DNA of 64,000 bases from Octopus sinensis (taxonomy: Eukaryota). The DNA is taken from contig NC_043018.1 of NCBI RefSeq assembly GCF_006345805.1, forward strand, positions 25,978,001 through 26,042,000, read 5' to 3'. A model generated the notes under the pieces. It searched no databases. It was given only the letters and a program-made list of their open reading frames with translations, and was not told the origin of the DNA. A program made the position numbers and the translations under genes. Below are positions 12,221 to 24,888 of the stretch, piece by piece; within the stretch, counting starts at the first letter, position 1, and every line of letters starts with the position of its first letter.

Positions 12221-12578
12221 ATACAAATTGGGACAAGAACGCAAAACATCCGGGCATTATTTTTATTTTATATTATCATTATTATTTTTATTGTATTTTG
12301 TATTTGTATTTGTATAACATCGTCTGTTTTTGTATACATTCGATGCTTTCTTCCAAGGAATCTATGCTCTTAGCTTATTTTTCCTTGGGGCTGGCCAGAT
12401 TGGAGCAATCTCAAGATTAATCAGCCGAAATTGCGAGGATGATCTGGTTCTCGACTGAGGATAGATATCTTCGAATGACCCGTCCTTGTTTTTTGGTATC
12501 GTCTATCTGGATGTTTTGTTATCCCTTTTTGTATCACCTAGTTGTCCGGATGTTTTGCGCTCTTGTCCCATTTTGTAT
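12221..12578. mobile_element. Fold-back element with 33-bp inverted termini in TA repeats (MITE or Penelope-derived)
   Basis: atacaaattgggacaagaacgcaaaacatccgg versus ccggatgttttgcgctcttgtcccattttgtat (31/33); internal ctgagga..cgaa. Confidence 0.7.
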
Positions 12579-12699
12579 GTTATATATATGCATGCACGTG
12601 TGTTTGTGTATGTATGTATTTATGCATGCATAAGCCACTCCCACCAGTGCAAGCTATAACACTTAACACCAGATTGATTGGCATTTAATCACTTATAGA

Positions 12700-13170
12700 T
12701 TGCCTCCATCCCCTGGCTTACAGATATTCTGATTCCTCTCTGTTTTTACTATGGTTACAATAATGACAACTGTTCCTTAGAGCTGATTGGTTTTGTAACT
12801 CCACCACCCAGGTACCTCCAGCCTGTTCATTGTTCCACCTCTTGTTACCCTCATTGTGACCACCCTTACTGACCCTACACTAATTACTATGTCCACTCCA
12901 TTCTTCCCCAAATATCAGTTCTCTGAAATCTTAAAAAAAATTTTTTTTATATTGCCCACAAGGGGCTAAACAGAGGGGACAAACAAGGACAGACAAAGGG
13001 ATTAAGTCGATTACATCGACCCCAGTGCATAACTGGTACTTAATTTATCAACCCCAAAAGGATGAAAGGCAAAGTCGACCTTGGCAGAATTTGAACTCAG
13101 AATGTAATGCTATCTGAAATCTTATCCCTGCTCATATCTTCCCTATAAATTTAAGCCAAATGCCAACAGC
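12700..13170 (+). mobile_element. Degenerate L2/CR1-like LINE ORF2 C-terminus interrupted by a SINE-B fragment (about 12935-13105; TSD tctgaaatctta)
   Basis: YNNDNCSLELIGFVTPPP..NYYVHSILPQISVL*NLIPAHIFP; related to 38120-39230. Confidence 0.6.
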
Positions 13171-13384
13171 ATGAAAATCATGTCACCAAGTCTTGGAGAG
13201 CTTGCAAAGGCCAAGGCCACTGCATTGGTGAAGGTCAAGGGCACTGCACTCCACTGCCCTTTTCTCTAGAATCAGCAAGTAGAAAAAGATTAAAAACAAC
13301 AAGTTTATGTTTAAAAAGAATAATATTCCATTTCTAAATGTGAATGGTGTTGGATTCTAACGTTGATCTTTATCTAATTAGATA

Positions 13385-13590
13385 ATTGTTGTTGTTAGGC
13401 TCCAAATGTACTTTAATTGAGCAGACATATGACCAAAAGCATTTTAGCTTTAACCGTTTTTTTATTTTTTGATGTAGTACACCTTGGACTATATTATTCA
13501 GTCATTCCTTTTTTTTAAATGATGATAAAGAGTGATTTCAGGGAAATTTGGCTACTATTTCCAGCAGGTCAAATGACCCTATACATAGAA
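13385..13590 (-). mobile_element. Family I unclassified retroposon with (AAC)n tail
   Basis: Recurrent tttggct(g/a)ctatttc(t/c)agcagg / gagcagac(c/a)tatga(t/c)caaa motifs; also near 25005-25175(+), 30090-30200, 37870-38000, 39430-39500, 48370-48560(+). Confidence 0.55.
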
Positions 13591-13744
13591 ATATTTTATA
13601 TTTAGTATATATTATGCATGTTCTGTAGGTGCAGGTGTAACTGTCATAGATGCAGGCATGGCTGTGTGATGAAGAGGTTGCTTTTCAGCCACATCGTTCC
13701 AAGTTCAGTCCCACTGCATGGCATGACCAAAGCCTTCTATAAGA

Positions 13745-14175
13745 AGGCACATGGCTCAGTGGTTAGAGCATTGGGTTCACAATCATGTGGTAGTGAGTTC
13801 GATTCCAGAACTGTGCTGTGTCTGGTGTTTTTTGAGCAAGACACTTTATTTTCACGTTGCTTCAGTTCACTTAGATGTAGAAATGAGTCAGCTTGGCAAC
13901 ATCACAGGTGCCAAGCTGTATCAGCTTTTGCCTTTCCCTTGGATAACATTCATGGCCTTGCCCGGACTTATGCCTAGGTGCAATCCCATGGTCATTCATG
14001 ACCAAAATGGGAGGGGTGGGTTTCTTTACTCTTTACCCTATGTACATATAATGGCATGGAAAGGGAGGCTGGTATGCATGGGCGGCTGCTGGTCTTCCAT
14101 AAACAACCTTGCTTGGACTTGTGCCTCAGAGAGGAACTTACTAAGTGCAATCCCATCATCCTTCATGACCGAAGA
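13745..14175 (+). mobile_element. SINE-D (tRNA head plus cttgagcaagacact domain)
   Basis: tggctcagtggttagagc A-box, gagttcgattcc B-box; same family at 46068-46400; head only at 10020-10140. Confidence 0.8.
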
Positions 14176-14454
14176 GGGTCTTTACACTTTACGCTGTGTG
14201 ATTAGAATTGCACCTATGCAACCATGTAGTTTTAAGTTTGGTCTGCTGCATGGCATTTTAGAAACATTTTTCTGTATCTCTGTACCAAATCCACTCACAA
14301 GGCTTTAGTTGACCTGAGGCTATAGTAGAAGACGACTTGCCCAAGGTCCCACGAAGTGGGGCTGAACCCAGAACCATGTGGTTTGGAAACAAGCTTCTAA
14401 CCACACAGCCCCTCCTGCACCACACAGCCCCTCCTGTGCCTATATATATATATA

Positions 14455-14685
14455 TATTTATTTATTGCCCACAAGGGGCTAAACATAGAGAGGACAAACA
14501 AGGACAGACAAAGGGATTATGTCGATTACATCGACCCCAGTGCGAAACTGGTACTTTTATTTATCGACCCCGAAAGGATGAAAGGCAAAGTCGACCTCGG
14601 CGGAATTTGAACTCAGAACGTAAAGACATACGAAATACCGCTAAGCATTCCGCCCAGCGCGCTAACGTGTCTGCCAGCTCACCAT
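14455..14685 (-). mobile_element. SINE-B monomer (B1 tail), near consensus
   Basis: Full head to tail, CpGs largely retained. Confidence 0.9.
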
Positions 14686-14695
14686 ATATATATAG

Positions 14696-14802
14696 AATAT
14701 AGTATAAGGAAAAGGGAGAGTTTGAACACTGAAAAAATCAATTTATTTATATAATAGTCATTTTTTCTGTGTTCAAACTCTCTGTTTTCCTTATATTATA
14801 TT
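14696..14802. other. Fold-back with ~43-bp arms and a 21-nt loop
   Basis: tataaggaaaagggagagtttgaacactgaaaaaat versus attttttctgtgttcaaactctctgttttccttata. Confidence 0.85.
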
Positions 14803-14980
14803 ATTAAAATTCTGTTCTATATTGAATGGATGCAAACATCTATAATGACAATTGGAACTTAACATTAATATAAAAACAAATTATTGAAATTCTAAGTATA
14901 TTAACCTGTGTACACTTGGATAAAATACATCCCTGTGAAAGAATAACCTCTTTTCTTTTGAAACTTTATACACATACACA

Positions 14981-16274
14981 CACAGAGTGGCCCAGAAGTC
15001 ACTGATGTGTTTTGAATTTTCATAACACCCTTATTTTTATTTGTATGAAATTTTAATTCAATATAGAGAAGATAATGGAGATTAATTTGCATAATTCCTT
15101 TTTCGTCATAACTCTGCATTACAATATGAAAAATGACATCTTTTAAATGGCGTCCATGTTCAGCGTCACACTTTCTGGGGTGCAAGTCTCTTTGGTGTGG
15201 TTTTCTTGGATTCTCAGAGCCCCAAAACCAGAAATTTTGTCTGTTAATGAACCCATTGAAATGAATGTGGGCGTCATCAGACATTCTCTTTTTCTCTTTC
15301 TCTTTTACTTGTTTCAGTCATTTGACTGTGGCCATGCTGGAGCACCGCCTTTAATCAAGCAACTCGACCCCAGGACTTATTCTTTTGTAAGCCCAGTACT
15401 TATTCTATCGCTCTCTTTTGCCGAATCGCTAAGTAACGGGGACATAAACACACCAGCATCGGTTGTCAAGCAATGCTAGGGGGACAAACACAGACACACA
15501 AACACACACACACATATATATTTATATATACATATATACGATGGGCTTCTTTCAGTTTCCGTCTACCAAATCCACTCACAAGGCTTTGGTCGGAAGACAC
15601 TCGCCCAAGGTGCCATGCAGTGGGACTGAACCCGGAACCATGTGGTTGGTAAACAAGCTACTTACCACACAGCTACTCCTGCGCCTAAGTGCAATTCCAT
15701 GATCAATTTTGGGATTAAATTTGGGTCATTTCGTGCCAATTCCAGGATTCTGACAGTGTATTAGAGCCTGTGTTCATAGTCCTGAAACTTCAACTGTCGA
15801 ACCAACTGTATCTTGTATGGAAAAATGTTTAAGCTGCTGAGAACTCTTTGCAGTGAAATTTATGAAATCCCATGCTGTCTGGACAATCTTCAAGTCGATG
15901 TGGCTAGATTCTGTTCATTACTCTCTCACCCTCATTCACTTGCCTCATCGGTTCTGACAGTGCAAAGTCTCCCAGATTGTGGGAGATCACTTACTGCCCC
16001 TTGTTTTTCAAAACAACGAACTAAGTTCCTAATTGTGTTTTCACTTGGGGCATCTCCCACTTGAAGACGCAAACAATTTGCTCTCTGGATTTGAATAATT
16101 TGACCCCTGAGTTTGACAGAGCAAGTTCATCGCTTGGGTGCATTGTGCAATGCCATACTTTTCTATAATTACTTTCAAGAATGTAGTCGATAAAATCCCT
16201 GAAAAGGAAAGAAAAACATAAAAAATAAAAGAATTACCAAAAATTGCAATCCCTCAGTGACTTTTGGGTCACCC

Positions 16275-16278
<4 letters not shown>
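14981..16278 (-). mobile_element. Internally deleted Tc1/mariner element with both TIRs, split by SINE-A (15295-15686)
   Basis: TIRs cacagagtggcccagaagtcactga (14981-15005) and tcagtgacttttgggtcaccctgtg (16254-16278); relic APSENTIRNLVRCFEKQGAVSDLPQSGR..PYKIQLVRQL..KLIM|SDDAHIHFNGFINRQNFWFWGSENP..HGRHLKDVIFH. Confidence 0.88.
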
Positions 16279-16327
<49 letters not shown>

Positions 16328-16900
16328 GGATGGATGGATGGATGCATGCATGCATACACATATGATAGCCTACTTTCAGCTTCTGTCTACCAAATCCACT
16401 CTAAGGCTTTGGTTGGCTTGAGGCTATATTATAAGACACTTGATCAAGGTGCTACACAGTAGGACTGAACCCAGAACTCTATGGTTGGGAGGCAATCTTC
16501 TTACCATACAGCCATACCTGTGCCTTGTAATATTAATTTATGGATTGGCAGAATTATTAGAGAGTCAGACAAAATGCCTCGTGGCATTTAGTTATGGCCC
16601 TTCACATTCTGAGTTCAAACCCAGCTTCGATAAGTTTTGCCCTTTGTTACTATGGAATCAATAAAATAAAATACAGTACCAATTTAGTGTTGGGTCCATA
16701 CAATCAACCATTCCTATTCCCCCACCAAATTTGTGGTCATGTGCATGTGGAAGAAATCAATATTTATTACATTCTCACTGTAACCAGCAGTATTTTGCTT
16801 GAGTTACTCATAAAATCTGTATTCATGCTGATATGTATTGACTATCAATTTTGATTATCTGGCTTGAGACAATAATTTTCAAATCATTTGTTCTTAGAGT

Positions 16901-17310
16901 GGCGCAGGAGTGGCTGTGTGGTAAGTAGTTTGCTTACCAACCACATGGTTTCAGGTTCAGTCCCACTGCGTGGCACCATGGGCAAGTGTCTTCTACTATA
17001 GCCTCGGGCCGACCAAAGCCTTGTGAGTGGATTTGGTAGACAGAAACTGAAAGAAGCCCGTCATATATATGTATATATGTATATGTGTGTGTATATGTTT
17101 GTATGTCTGTGTTTGTCCCCACAACATCGCTTGACAACCGATGCTGGTATGTTTACATCACCTGTAACTTAGCAGTTCGGCAAAAGAGACTGATAGAATA
17201 AGTACTAGGCTTACAAAGAATAAGTCCTGGGGTTGATTTACTCGACTAGAGGCGGTGCTCCAGCATAGCCACAGTCAAATGACTGAAACAAGTAAAAGAG
17301 TAAAAGAGAT
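16901..17310 (+). mobile_element. SINE-A full length
   Basis: Near-consensus head to tail. Confidence 0.92.
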
Positions 17311-19905
17311 TAGGTACCACTATGAATTTTTGAAAACATTTGAATCCAACTTCTACTGTACTTTTTATTGGAGAGAATCCAAAAAGAAACATTTTGATAC
17401 TCCATTTGTGAAATTTGGATGAAATATAACAATGTGAGTGGTCAACGAATTGGTTTAATTCTCGCTTAATTAGGCCTAAATGAATAATTAGCCATATATG
17501 TGATGTTATATCTTTGAAACTGAGTTGATAATCATCTTCAAATTACACAAATTAATTAGTGTCCATTGGATAGCTGTTGGCTGTCTGTTTTCAGGATCTT
17601 GAAAATAAAACTTTTTTTGTTTGCAATTTTTTTAATATTTATGTAAAACCTATTTTGTTGCATGTAACAAACAGTTGATTTCATAACACAAGTGTAAACT
17701 TTGCACATATTTTCAGACCTACCTAAATCCAAAAGTACAAGCTACAGTGACTTGAGTTTTGGCACATTTGTTGTAGGTACAGAACTAAATAAATTCTAAG
17801 ATTTTGGGACATGACACCATGTCAATAGAATTTTAATGGACTTTTGAAAATAGCTATAACCGATTAAATGGTAGAGTTTTAGATCAGAATGTCCACAGAA
17901 GTTAGATTTTCTCTGTTTTGACAGGGATTTTTCCAATCTTTTTTTCTCCACACCCTTGAAAATGACGAGGAGAAGCTTTTAGTGAAAAAAATATTTTTGA
18001 AAATGTATGATTTGTTTCATCCCTTTTTATGCATTTTCGGACTTGGTTATTTTGTGATCCATTATCTGTAAGGGGCTCAGTTTTGATATCTTTCTCTTTT
18101 CTCTTTTACTTGTTTCAGTCATTTGACTGTGGCCATGCTGGAGCACCGCCTTTTAGTCGAGCAAATTGACCCAAGGACTTATTCTTTGGAAGCCTAGTAC
18201 TTATTCTATTGGTTTCTTTTGTTGAACCACTAAGTTACGGAGGACGTAAACACACCAGCATCGGTTGTCAAGCAATGCTAGGGGGACAAACACAGACGCA
18301 CAAACATATACACACATATACATATATATACGACGGGCTTCTTTCAGTTTCCGTCTACCAAATCCACTCACAAGGCTCTGGTTGGCCCGAGGCTATAGTA
18401 GAAGACTCTTGCCCAAGGTGCCATGCAGTGGGAGTGAACCCGGAATCATGTGGTTCGTAAGCAAGCTACTTACCACACAGCCACTCTCATGCCTGATACT
18501 GGTTATAAAACTGAACCCTCTCTGTAAGTTTAATAGGCATTCTTGTAGAGCTCTGTAGAAGAGACAACACACATGGGTTGACCACACAGAAACCCACTTT
18601 TTGCTTGATCATTTTCATTTAAAAATACATTTTCTCCAGGAACAATTATATATTATTTGAAAGTTCTAAATGTGAACTTTCTTCTCATATGCTTTTAATC
18701 AAAATCTGACACGTACATATCATACTAGATCTCTTCAATTACCATTGTGTTTCCACCCATTCACAACATTTGTCCCATTTTTGGTTTTGACAGCTGAATG
18801 GTAGCACTCATTCTTGTTCGGTGCAATGAAGCACTGTAACTCAATGAGTGTTGAAAAAGTTAGTCACAAAGAGGACTTCTTTTGCTTTATTTCAATATAA
18901 AAATTGATGGAGGTAAATCAACTCTCTGGAGCTCTACAGTGAAAGCAACTTAGACTTCCCAAATTTTGGCAACCAGCCGTTTGAGTTCAAGAATTTCAAA
19001 ATTTATTCACACAGCAGGGTCATAGTTGGCCAAAGTCGATTTTTTTTGTATAAAATTACTTGGCCAGTGCTGCATTATGTTCATAGACAATGTTTTTTTT
19101 TGTATTTTTTTTTGATATCTTGTTGGTTCACTTTGCTTATAAGTAAATAAGTAAATTTACAAATAAATAGGTATAGCTCTCACATGTGAGTAGCAAAAGT
19201 GCTGTATAATTAAAGAATGCTTTGTTAATGAATTAATTTGTTTTATATCTCCGTTAGTGAACAATGGTGTTGCTTGTTAAAAGTTTCCAATGAACAAGTT
19301 ACTGGTTCTTCATCATCACCATCATCATTGTATATCTACCTTCCATGCTAGCATAAGTTGGACAAGCCATCACAGTCCAAGGCAGTTCTTGTTTGTGTCA
19401 CAGCTCTCCTTGATATGGGCAAGGGATCACCCATAATTCTTGTCTATTTTTATTTGCCGTAGACTCTACTGCTTTTTTATGTAGCACTGACATGGGTGCT
19501 TTTTCATGAGGTGCCACTGTGGGTGCCTTTTATGTGGCACCAGGACAGGTGCTTTTTACATTCTGTCATCAGCCAGGTGCCCTCCATTGTCCAGGGGTTT
19601 AGCTGGCCAAAACACTCTTACTTTCCGCTGTGTGCTGCTACATTCAGCCAGGCCCTTATTACAAAGAACATTGATGTCTGTTCAGATATATGTATTTTTC
19701 TTTACTACCCACAAAGGGCTAAACACAGAGGGGACAAACAAGGACAGACGAATGGATTGTCGATTACATCGACCCCAGTGCGTAACTGGTGCTTAATTTA
19801 TTGCTATGAACAATAAAAGATTGAGAGAGTTTGAATATTGTTGTTCTTGTTGGTGTAGCAGCAATCAAAATGTGGTTTGTTGGTGTTGGTGCCCATCCAA
19901 GTACC

Positions 19906-20140
19906 TATTTCTTTATTACCCACAAGGGGCTAAACATAGAGGGGACAAGCAAGGACTGACATAGGTATTATGTCGATTACATCGACCCCAGTGCGTAACT
20001 GGTACTTAATTTATCGACCCCGAAAGGATGAAAGGCAAAGTCGACCTCGGCGGAATTTGAACTCACAACGTAACGGCAGACGAAGTACCGCAAAGCATTT
20101 CGCCCGGTGTGCTAACGCTTCTGCTAGCTCGCCGCCTTAA
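19906..20140 (-). mobile_element. SINE-B monomer with a 16-bp TSD
   Basis: TSD tgcccatccaagtacc (19890-19905) / tgcccacccaagtacc (20142-20157). Confidence 0.92.
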
Positions 20141-20524
20141 TTGCCCACCCAAGTACCAGCTGCTTTACAGACAGAATGTGTTGGATGTATTTATATTTTC
20201 ATGGTACCAGCACTAGACATGTCACGTTCTCAATCGGATAAGAGTAAAGGGTTTTCCTGATAGTCTTTCACATTAACCAACACCTTCAGAGTGTTCTGGG
20301 CACAGTTTACCGTGGTACCAGCACTGAAGATGTTTTCATATTCCTGCTAGGACAATACTAAAGGACCTCTTCATTTTATGATGTATGCATCTACTCAACC
20401 ATCACTTCACAGAATGCTCTTTATCATCATACCAGTGCTTGTGGGGTTGTGGTGCCTTGCTCCAGGATTCATGCTATATTTTATTTTATAATGGTAATTA
20501 TGAAGAGGTTTACCTGTGTAACTA

Positions 20525-20815
20525 AGAATAAAGTCTGCCATCCCAAAATTACGTCTCCAGCACAACAATGTTTCTACTGCCTTAGAATGAAGTATCTCAC
20601 CCAAGAATTAAATCTCTTAAGAATTAAATCTGTTGCCATAGAATTAAGTCTACCAACCAAGAATTAAGTCTTCCATAAAAAAATCAAGTCTGCTATCCAA
20701 GAATTAAGTCTGTGACCCAAGAATTAAATGTGAAAACCGGGAATTAAATGTGCCATTGAAGAATGAGATCTGCAACCTAAGAATTAAGCCTAATACTCAA
20801 GATTTAAATCTACCG
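20525..20815. repeat. Degenerate 20-bp minisatellite (core agaattaaRtct plus variable 8 nt)
   Basis: About 14 units, e.g. agaattaagtctgtgaccca, agaattaagtctaccaacca, agaatgagatctgcaaccta. Confidence 0.8.
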
Positions 20816-21298
20816 TAATGGTTGAGGACGATGAAGAAATATGTGAAATAGTAACTGGCTTGCCAATAAAACTACTTCTTTCTTGACAAAAGGATTTAAA
20901 ATATTTAACCCTTTTGTGGCAATATTTCTAATGAAATACTTTGGTGGTGTGTTTAATTAGTTTTGAAAATAATCAACAGTCTTGATGGATTTATTAGAAT
21001 ATAATTTTTTTCGTTATTAGCTGCTGTTTGAAATATAATTCGCAAAGGTTTGTGCATATAATTAAGATGGAAGGGGTTTAAATTAAATATATGGCAAGCA
21101 CTGACTTGAAATTAGATTTGCTTGAAAACACCAGAGGTGGTGTTTGGAACATAACTTAAAGTGTTTTTTCATAAAAACATTATGACATTAGGGTTTTAAT
21201 TTAAATATAACCACCCTCTTAAAATTAGAGGTTTTGCATTGAAAACCATAAATTGGTGTTTGGAATGTAACCTGAACAAAAGATGCTCTTATATATAA

Positions 21299-21662
21299 AA
21301 TTTCGTCTGCCGTTATGTTCTGGGTTCAAATTCCACCGAGGTCGACTTTGCCTTTCATCCTTTCGGGGTCGATAAATTAAGTACCAGTTACGCACTGGGG
21401 TCAATGTAATCGACTTAACCTATGTCTGTCCTTGTTTGTCCCCTCTATGTTTAGCCCAATGTGGGTAATAAAGAAATAGGTATTTCGTCTGCCGTTACGT
21501 TCTGAGTTCAAATTCCGCTGAGGTCGACTTTGCCTTTCATCCTTTCGGGGTTGATAAATTAAGTACCAGTTACACACTGGGGTCGATGTAATCGACTTAT
21601 TCCGTTTGTCTGTCCTTTTTTGTCCCCTCTGTGTTTAGCCCCTTGTGGATAGTAAAGAAATA
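21299..21662 (+). mobile_element. SINE-B dimer (B1+B1), 5'-truncated
   Basis: Junction aaagaaatag|gtatttcgtctg near 21480. Confidence 0.9.
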
Positions 21663-21784
21663 TATATATATAAAATTATGAGGGATGGTTTTCATTTAAA
21701 TGAAAACTCATTAAAATGAGAAGTTTTACATTGTAGAAGCAGAAGTGGTGGTCTTAAGTGGGTTGGTTAATGTGTAGACACAAG

Positions 21785-22192
21785 TATGGCTGTCTGACTA
21801 AGAAGTTTGCTTCCTAGTCAATGTAGTTTTGGGATCAGCCCCACTGCATGGCACCTTAAGCAAGTGTCTTCTACCATAGCTCTAAGGTGACAAAAGTTTT
21901 GCAGGTGGATTTTTTAGATGGAAACTGAAAGATGCCTCTCATGTGTATGTGTATGCATGTGTGTGTGTATTTATGTTCCCTTATCTTGACAATACGTGAT
22001 AGTTGTAAATGAGTGTCACTGTTATACAAGCAGTGTCATTCATTTCCAGTATTCTGTCAGTCCATAGGGAAATATTTGGAAACAGGTGAAAGTTGGCAGT
22101 AAGAATGGCATCTAGCCATAGAAAATCTGCCTTGATGAACTCTGTGTGACCCATGCAAGAATGGAAAAATGGACATTAAAAAGAATGATGAT
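21785..22192 (+). mobile_element. Hybrid SINE: A-type head and central domain with a C-like tail
   Basis: ggcaccttaagcaagtgtcttctac..gaaactgaaag then ..ggcatctagccatagaaaatctgcc..gacccatgcaag..ggacattaaaa..gatgat; same layout at 47150-47715. Confidence 0.7.
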
Positions 22193-23759
22193 ATATTTAA
22201 AACCAGAATTGGCATTTGAAACCTAACTTGACAAAAGATTCTCTTATATACTTAAAATTAAAAGCTTTATACCATAGAAATTCAAGTGATAGTCTCAGGT
22301 GTATTAGTATCAAAAGGTTTGTAAAGTATATGTTACTTTCATTTATCTACTAAATGAGATTTTAGAGCAGAAAATGTTTCTGTGGCAGTTCTATTATTTA
22401 TTGAATATAAAGACATTCACTACAAGGTTTTGTTATTGATTCAGTGATTCACTGCAGTTGGGCTTTGCAATGAGGAATTCTCTTCATAGTCATGCAGCAT
22501 GCTAGAAATAGCAGTGGAATCTCCCTCAAGCATGGGTGCTTTTTTATGTGGTGACGGCACAGGTATTTTTTATGTGATGCTGGCTTGGCTGCTTTTCTAT
22601 GTAGCGCTGACATGGGTGCCTTTTATGTGGCACCAGGACAGGTGCTTTTTACATCCTGTCATCAGCCAGGTGCCCCCCATTGTCCAGGGAGTTAGCTGGC
22701 CAAAACTCTCTACTTTCCGCTGTGTGCTGCTACATTCAGCCAGGCCCTTATTACAAAGAACATTGATGTCTGTTCAGATATATGTATTTTTCTTTACTAT
22801 CCACAAGGGGCTAAACATAGAGGGGACAAACAAGGACAGACAAACGGATTAAGTTGATTACATCGACCCCAGTGCGTAATTGGTGCTTAATTTATCGACC
22901 CCGAAAGGATGAAAGGCAAAGTCGACCTTGGCAGAATTTGAACTCAGAACACAGCAGCTGACGAAATACCACAAAGCATTTCGCCTGGCGTGCTAACGAT
23001 TCTGCCAGCTCACCACCTGTTCAGATATATGATAAGCAAAATGTTCTTTCTGTAAACAAAGAAACATTTTTTGTCATTGCTATGAACAACAAAACATTGA
23101 GAGAGTTTGAATATTATTGTTCTTGTTGTTGGTGTAACAGCAATCAAAATGTGGTTTGTTGGTGTTGACGTCATCCTTTATCATAGTTTAGCTGCTATCA
23201 GCTTTGGTCAGCAGTTGTCCATGTCTGTTTGCCATCTGTCTGCCATCTTATCTCTACTGTTTTTCAGTGCTCTATCCAAGCTCTCTGTCAAGTAGCTAAT
23301 GTGTGTTGAATTTATAGTACTGGATTGGCTCAGAGAGAAAGGCTTGAAAAGATGGAATTGTTGCTGAAGGCAGTTCTAAGGAAAGTTATGATCAGTTTTT
23401 CAATCATGTGGGTATGACTTGACTGGCTTCTGTGCTGGTGGCACATAAAAAGCACCATCCGAACGTGGTCGATGCCAGCGCCACCTTGACTGGATTCCGT
23501 GCCGGTGGCGTGTAAAAAGCACCAACCGATCGTGACCATTGCCAGCCTCCCCCGGCACCTGTGCTGGTGGCATGTAAAAAGCACCCACTACACTCACGGA
23601 GTGGTTGGCGTTAGGAAGGGCATCCAGCTGTAGAAACACTGCCAGATCAGACTGGAGCCTGGTGCAGCCTCCTGGCTTCCCAAACCCCAGTCGAACCATC
23701 CAACCTGTGCTAGCACGGAAAACGGACGTTAAATGATGATGATGATGATGATATAGCAA

Positions 23760-24445
23760 TCTGATTACTGAATATTCCCACTACACTCTTCTTTGTAGTC
23801 CATTCCTTGATATCACCAGTCCATAAATGACTGGCCTTTTGGTCTCTTCCCCCCCATACGTCCTGTCAAGATAGTCTTGGACAATGGCTCTGGCACATTA
23901 CATGTATAAAATATAATTTTTGGACTTTATTCTTGACAATTGGTGTCTTTTGGCTTTCAGCTTTTCTAGTATTGCTATTTTTATGAGGGCTCAAAATCTC
24001 TCATGGAAGCGTCATCCAACCAAAGTACAAGTATATGGGAAACTACCACATGTATCATCTTTTGTGAAAGGTAGAAGAGTCCAGTTTGCTGGACATTGTT
24101 GTAGAGCTGAAAACGAGGTCATTTCTAATCTTCTGCTCTGGAAGCCATCTGCTCACGATACCAGAGGGTGCACACTCTCCCATTCTGATGTAATCTCCAG
24201 GGATACAGGCATCCAGCAACAGGACCTCTGTAATGCTATGATGGACCGTGAGGTCTGGCGTAACACAGTAAATTCCATTGTCTCGACCATGGTCGAACAA
24301 TGATGATGATGGTTGCTGTTTTTCTTGCTTAATCTTTCCTGCCCACTCTGCAAAAGACCCACATCTCAAAGGCACCTATCTTCTTTTTATTGCTCTGTAC
24401 ATTGTCCAAATTTCTGCTCTGCAGAGGACCATTGACATAGTATAA
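23760..24445 (-). mobile_element. RTE-clade LINE 3' fragment, split by a second RTE-type insertion
   Basis: MVLCRAEIWTMYRAI..IGAFEMWVFCR / ILEKLKAKRHQLSRIKSK / PLSKTILTGRMGGR..WTGDIKEW resembles the RTE ORF C-terminus. Confidence 0.75.
23983..24312 (+). mobile_element. 5'-truncated RTE/RTEX-type LINE 3' end with (TGA)n tail
   Basis: QNLSWKRHPTKVQVYGKLPHVSSFVKGRRVQFAGHCCRA..LLLWKP..NAMMDREVWR; TSD ttgctattttt (23972-23982) / ttgctgttttt (24313-24323). Confidence 0.85.
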
Positions 24446-24479
24446 TATAATATAATGTAATATAATACAATACAATATA

Positions 24480-24888
24480 GGCGCAGGAGTGGCTGTGTGG
24501 TAAGTAGCTTGCATACCAACCACATGGTTCTGGGTTCAGTCCCACTGCGTGGCACTTTGGGCAAGTGTCTTCTACTATAGCCTCGGGCCGACCAAAGCCT
24601 TGTGAGTGGATTTGGTAGACGGAAACTGAAAGAAGCCCATCGTATATATGTATATGTATATATATGTGTGTGTGTTTGTGTGTCTGTGTTTGTCCCCCCA
24701 ACAGTCGCTTGACAACCGATGCTGGTGTGTTTACGTCCCCGTAACTTAGCGGTTCAGCAAAAGAGACCGATAGAATAAGTACTAGGCTTACAAAGAATAA
24801 GTCCTGGGGTCGATTTGCTCGACTAAGGGCGGTGCTCCAGCATGGCCGCAGTCAAATGACTGAAACAAGTAAAAGAGTAAAAGAGAGT
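24480..24888 (+). mobile_element. SINE-A full length, near consensus
   Basis: Head ggcgcaggagtggctgtgtgg to tail gtaaaagagtaaaagag. Confidence 0.92.

Larger units (their letters stand above)
20905..22330. mobile_element. Old TTAA-type MITE remnant with ~100-bp internal repeats, interrupted by SINEs
   Basis: Starts ttaacccttt; recurring ggtgtttggaa(c/t)..aac.t and ggttttaatttaaat blocks. Confidence 0.45.

Noticed and set aside
14337-14702. Recurring short ORFs such as MPKVPRSG.., MSSNARGTNT.., DGLLSVSVYQIHSQG..
   Set aside because: Reading frames inside SINE-A and SINE-B copies.
17711-17780. AG..GT-bounded 60-nt open segment (DLPKSKSTSYSDLSFGTFVVG)
   Set aside because: Weak donor (gtacag), and the context looks like decayed DNA-transposon sequence.
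21299-21662. Regular tandem units as a CRISPR-like array or circularised intron (AG|GT junction)
   Set aside because: The units are SINE bodies with no unique spacers; the 3' AG is preceded by purines, and self-insertion or dimer models are simpler.
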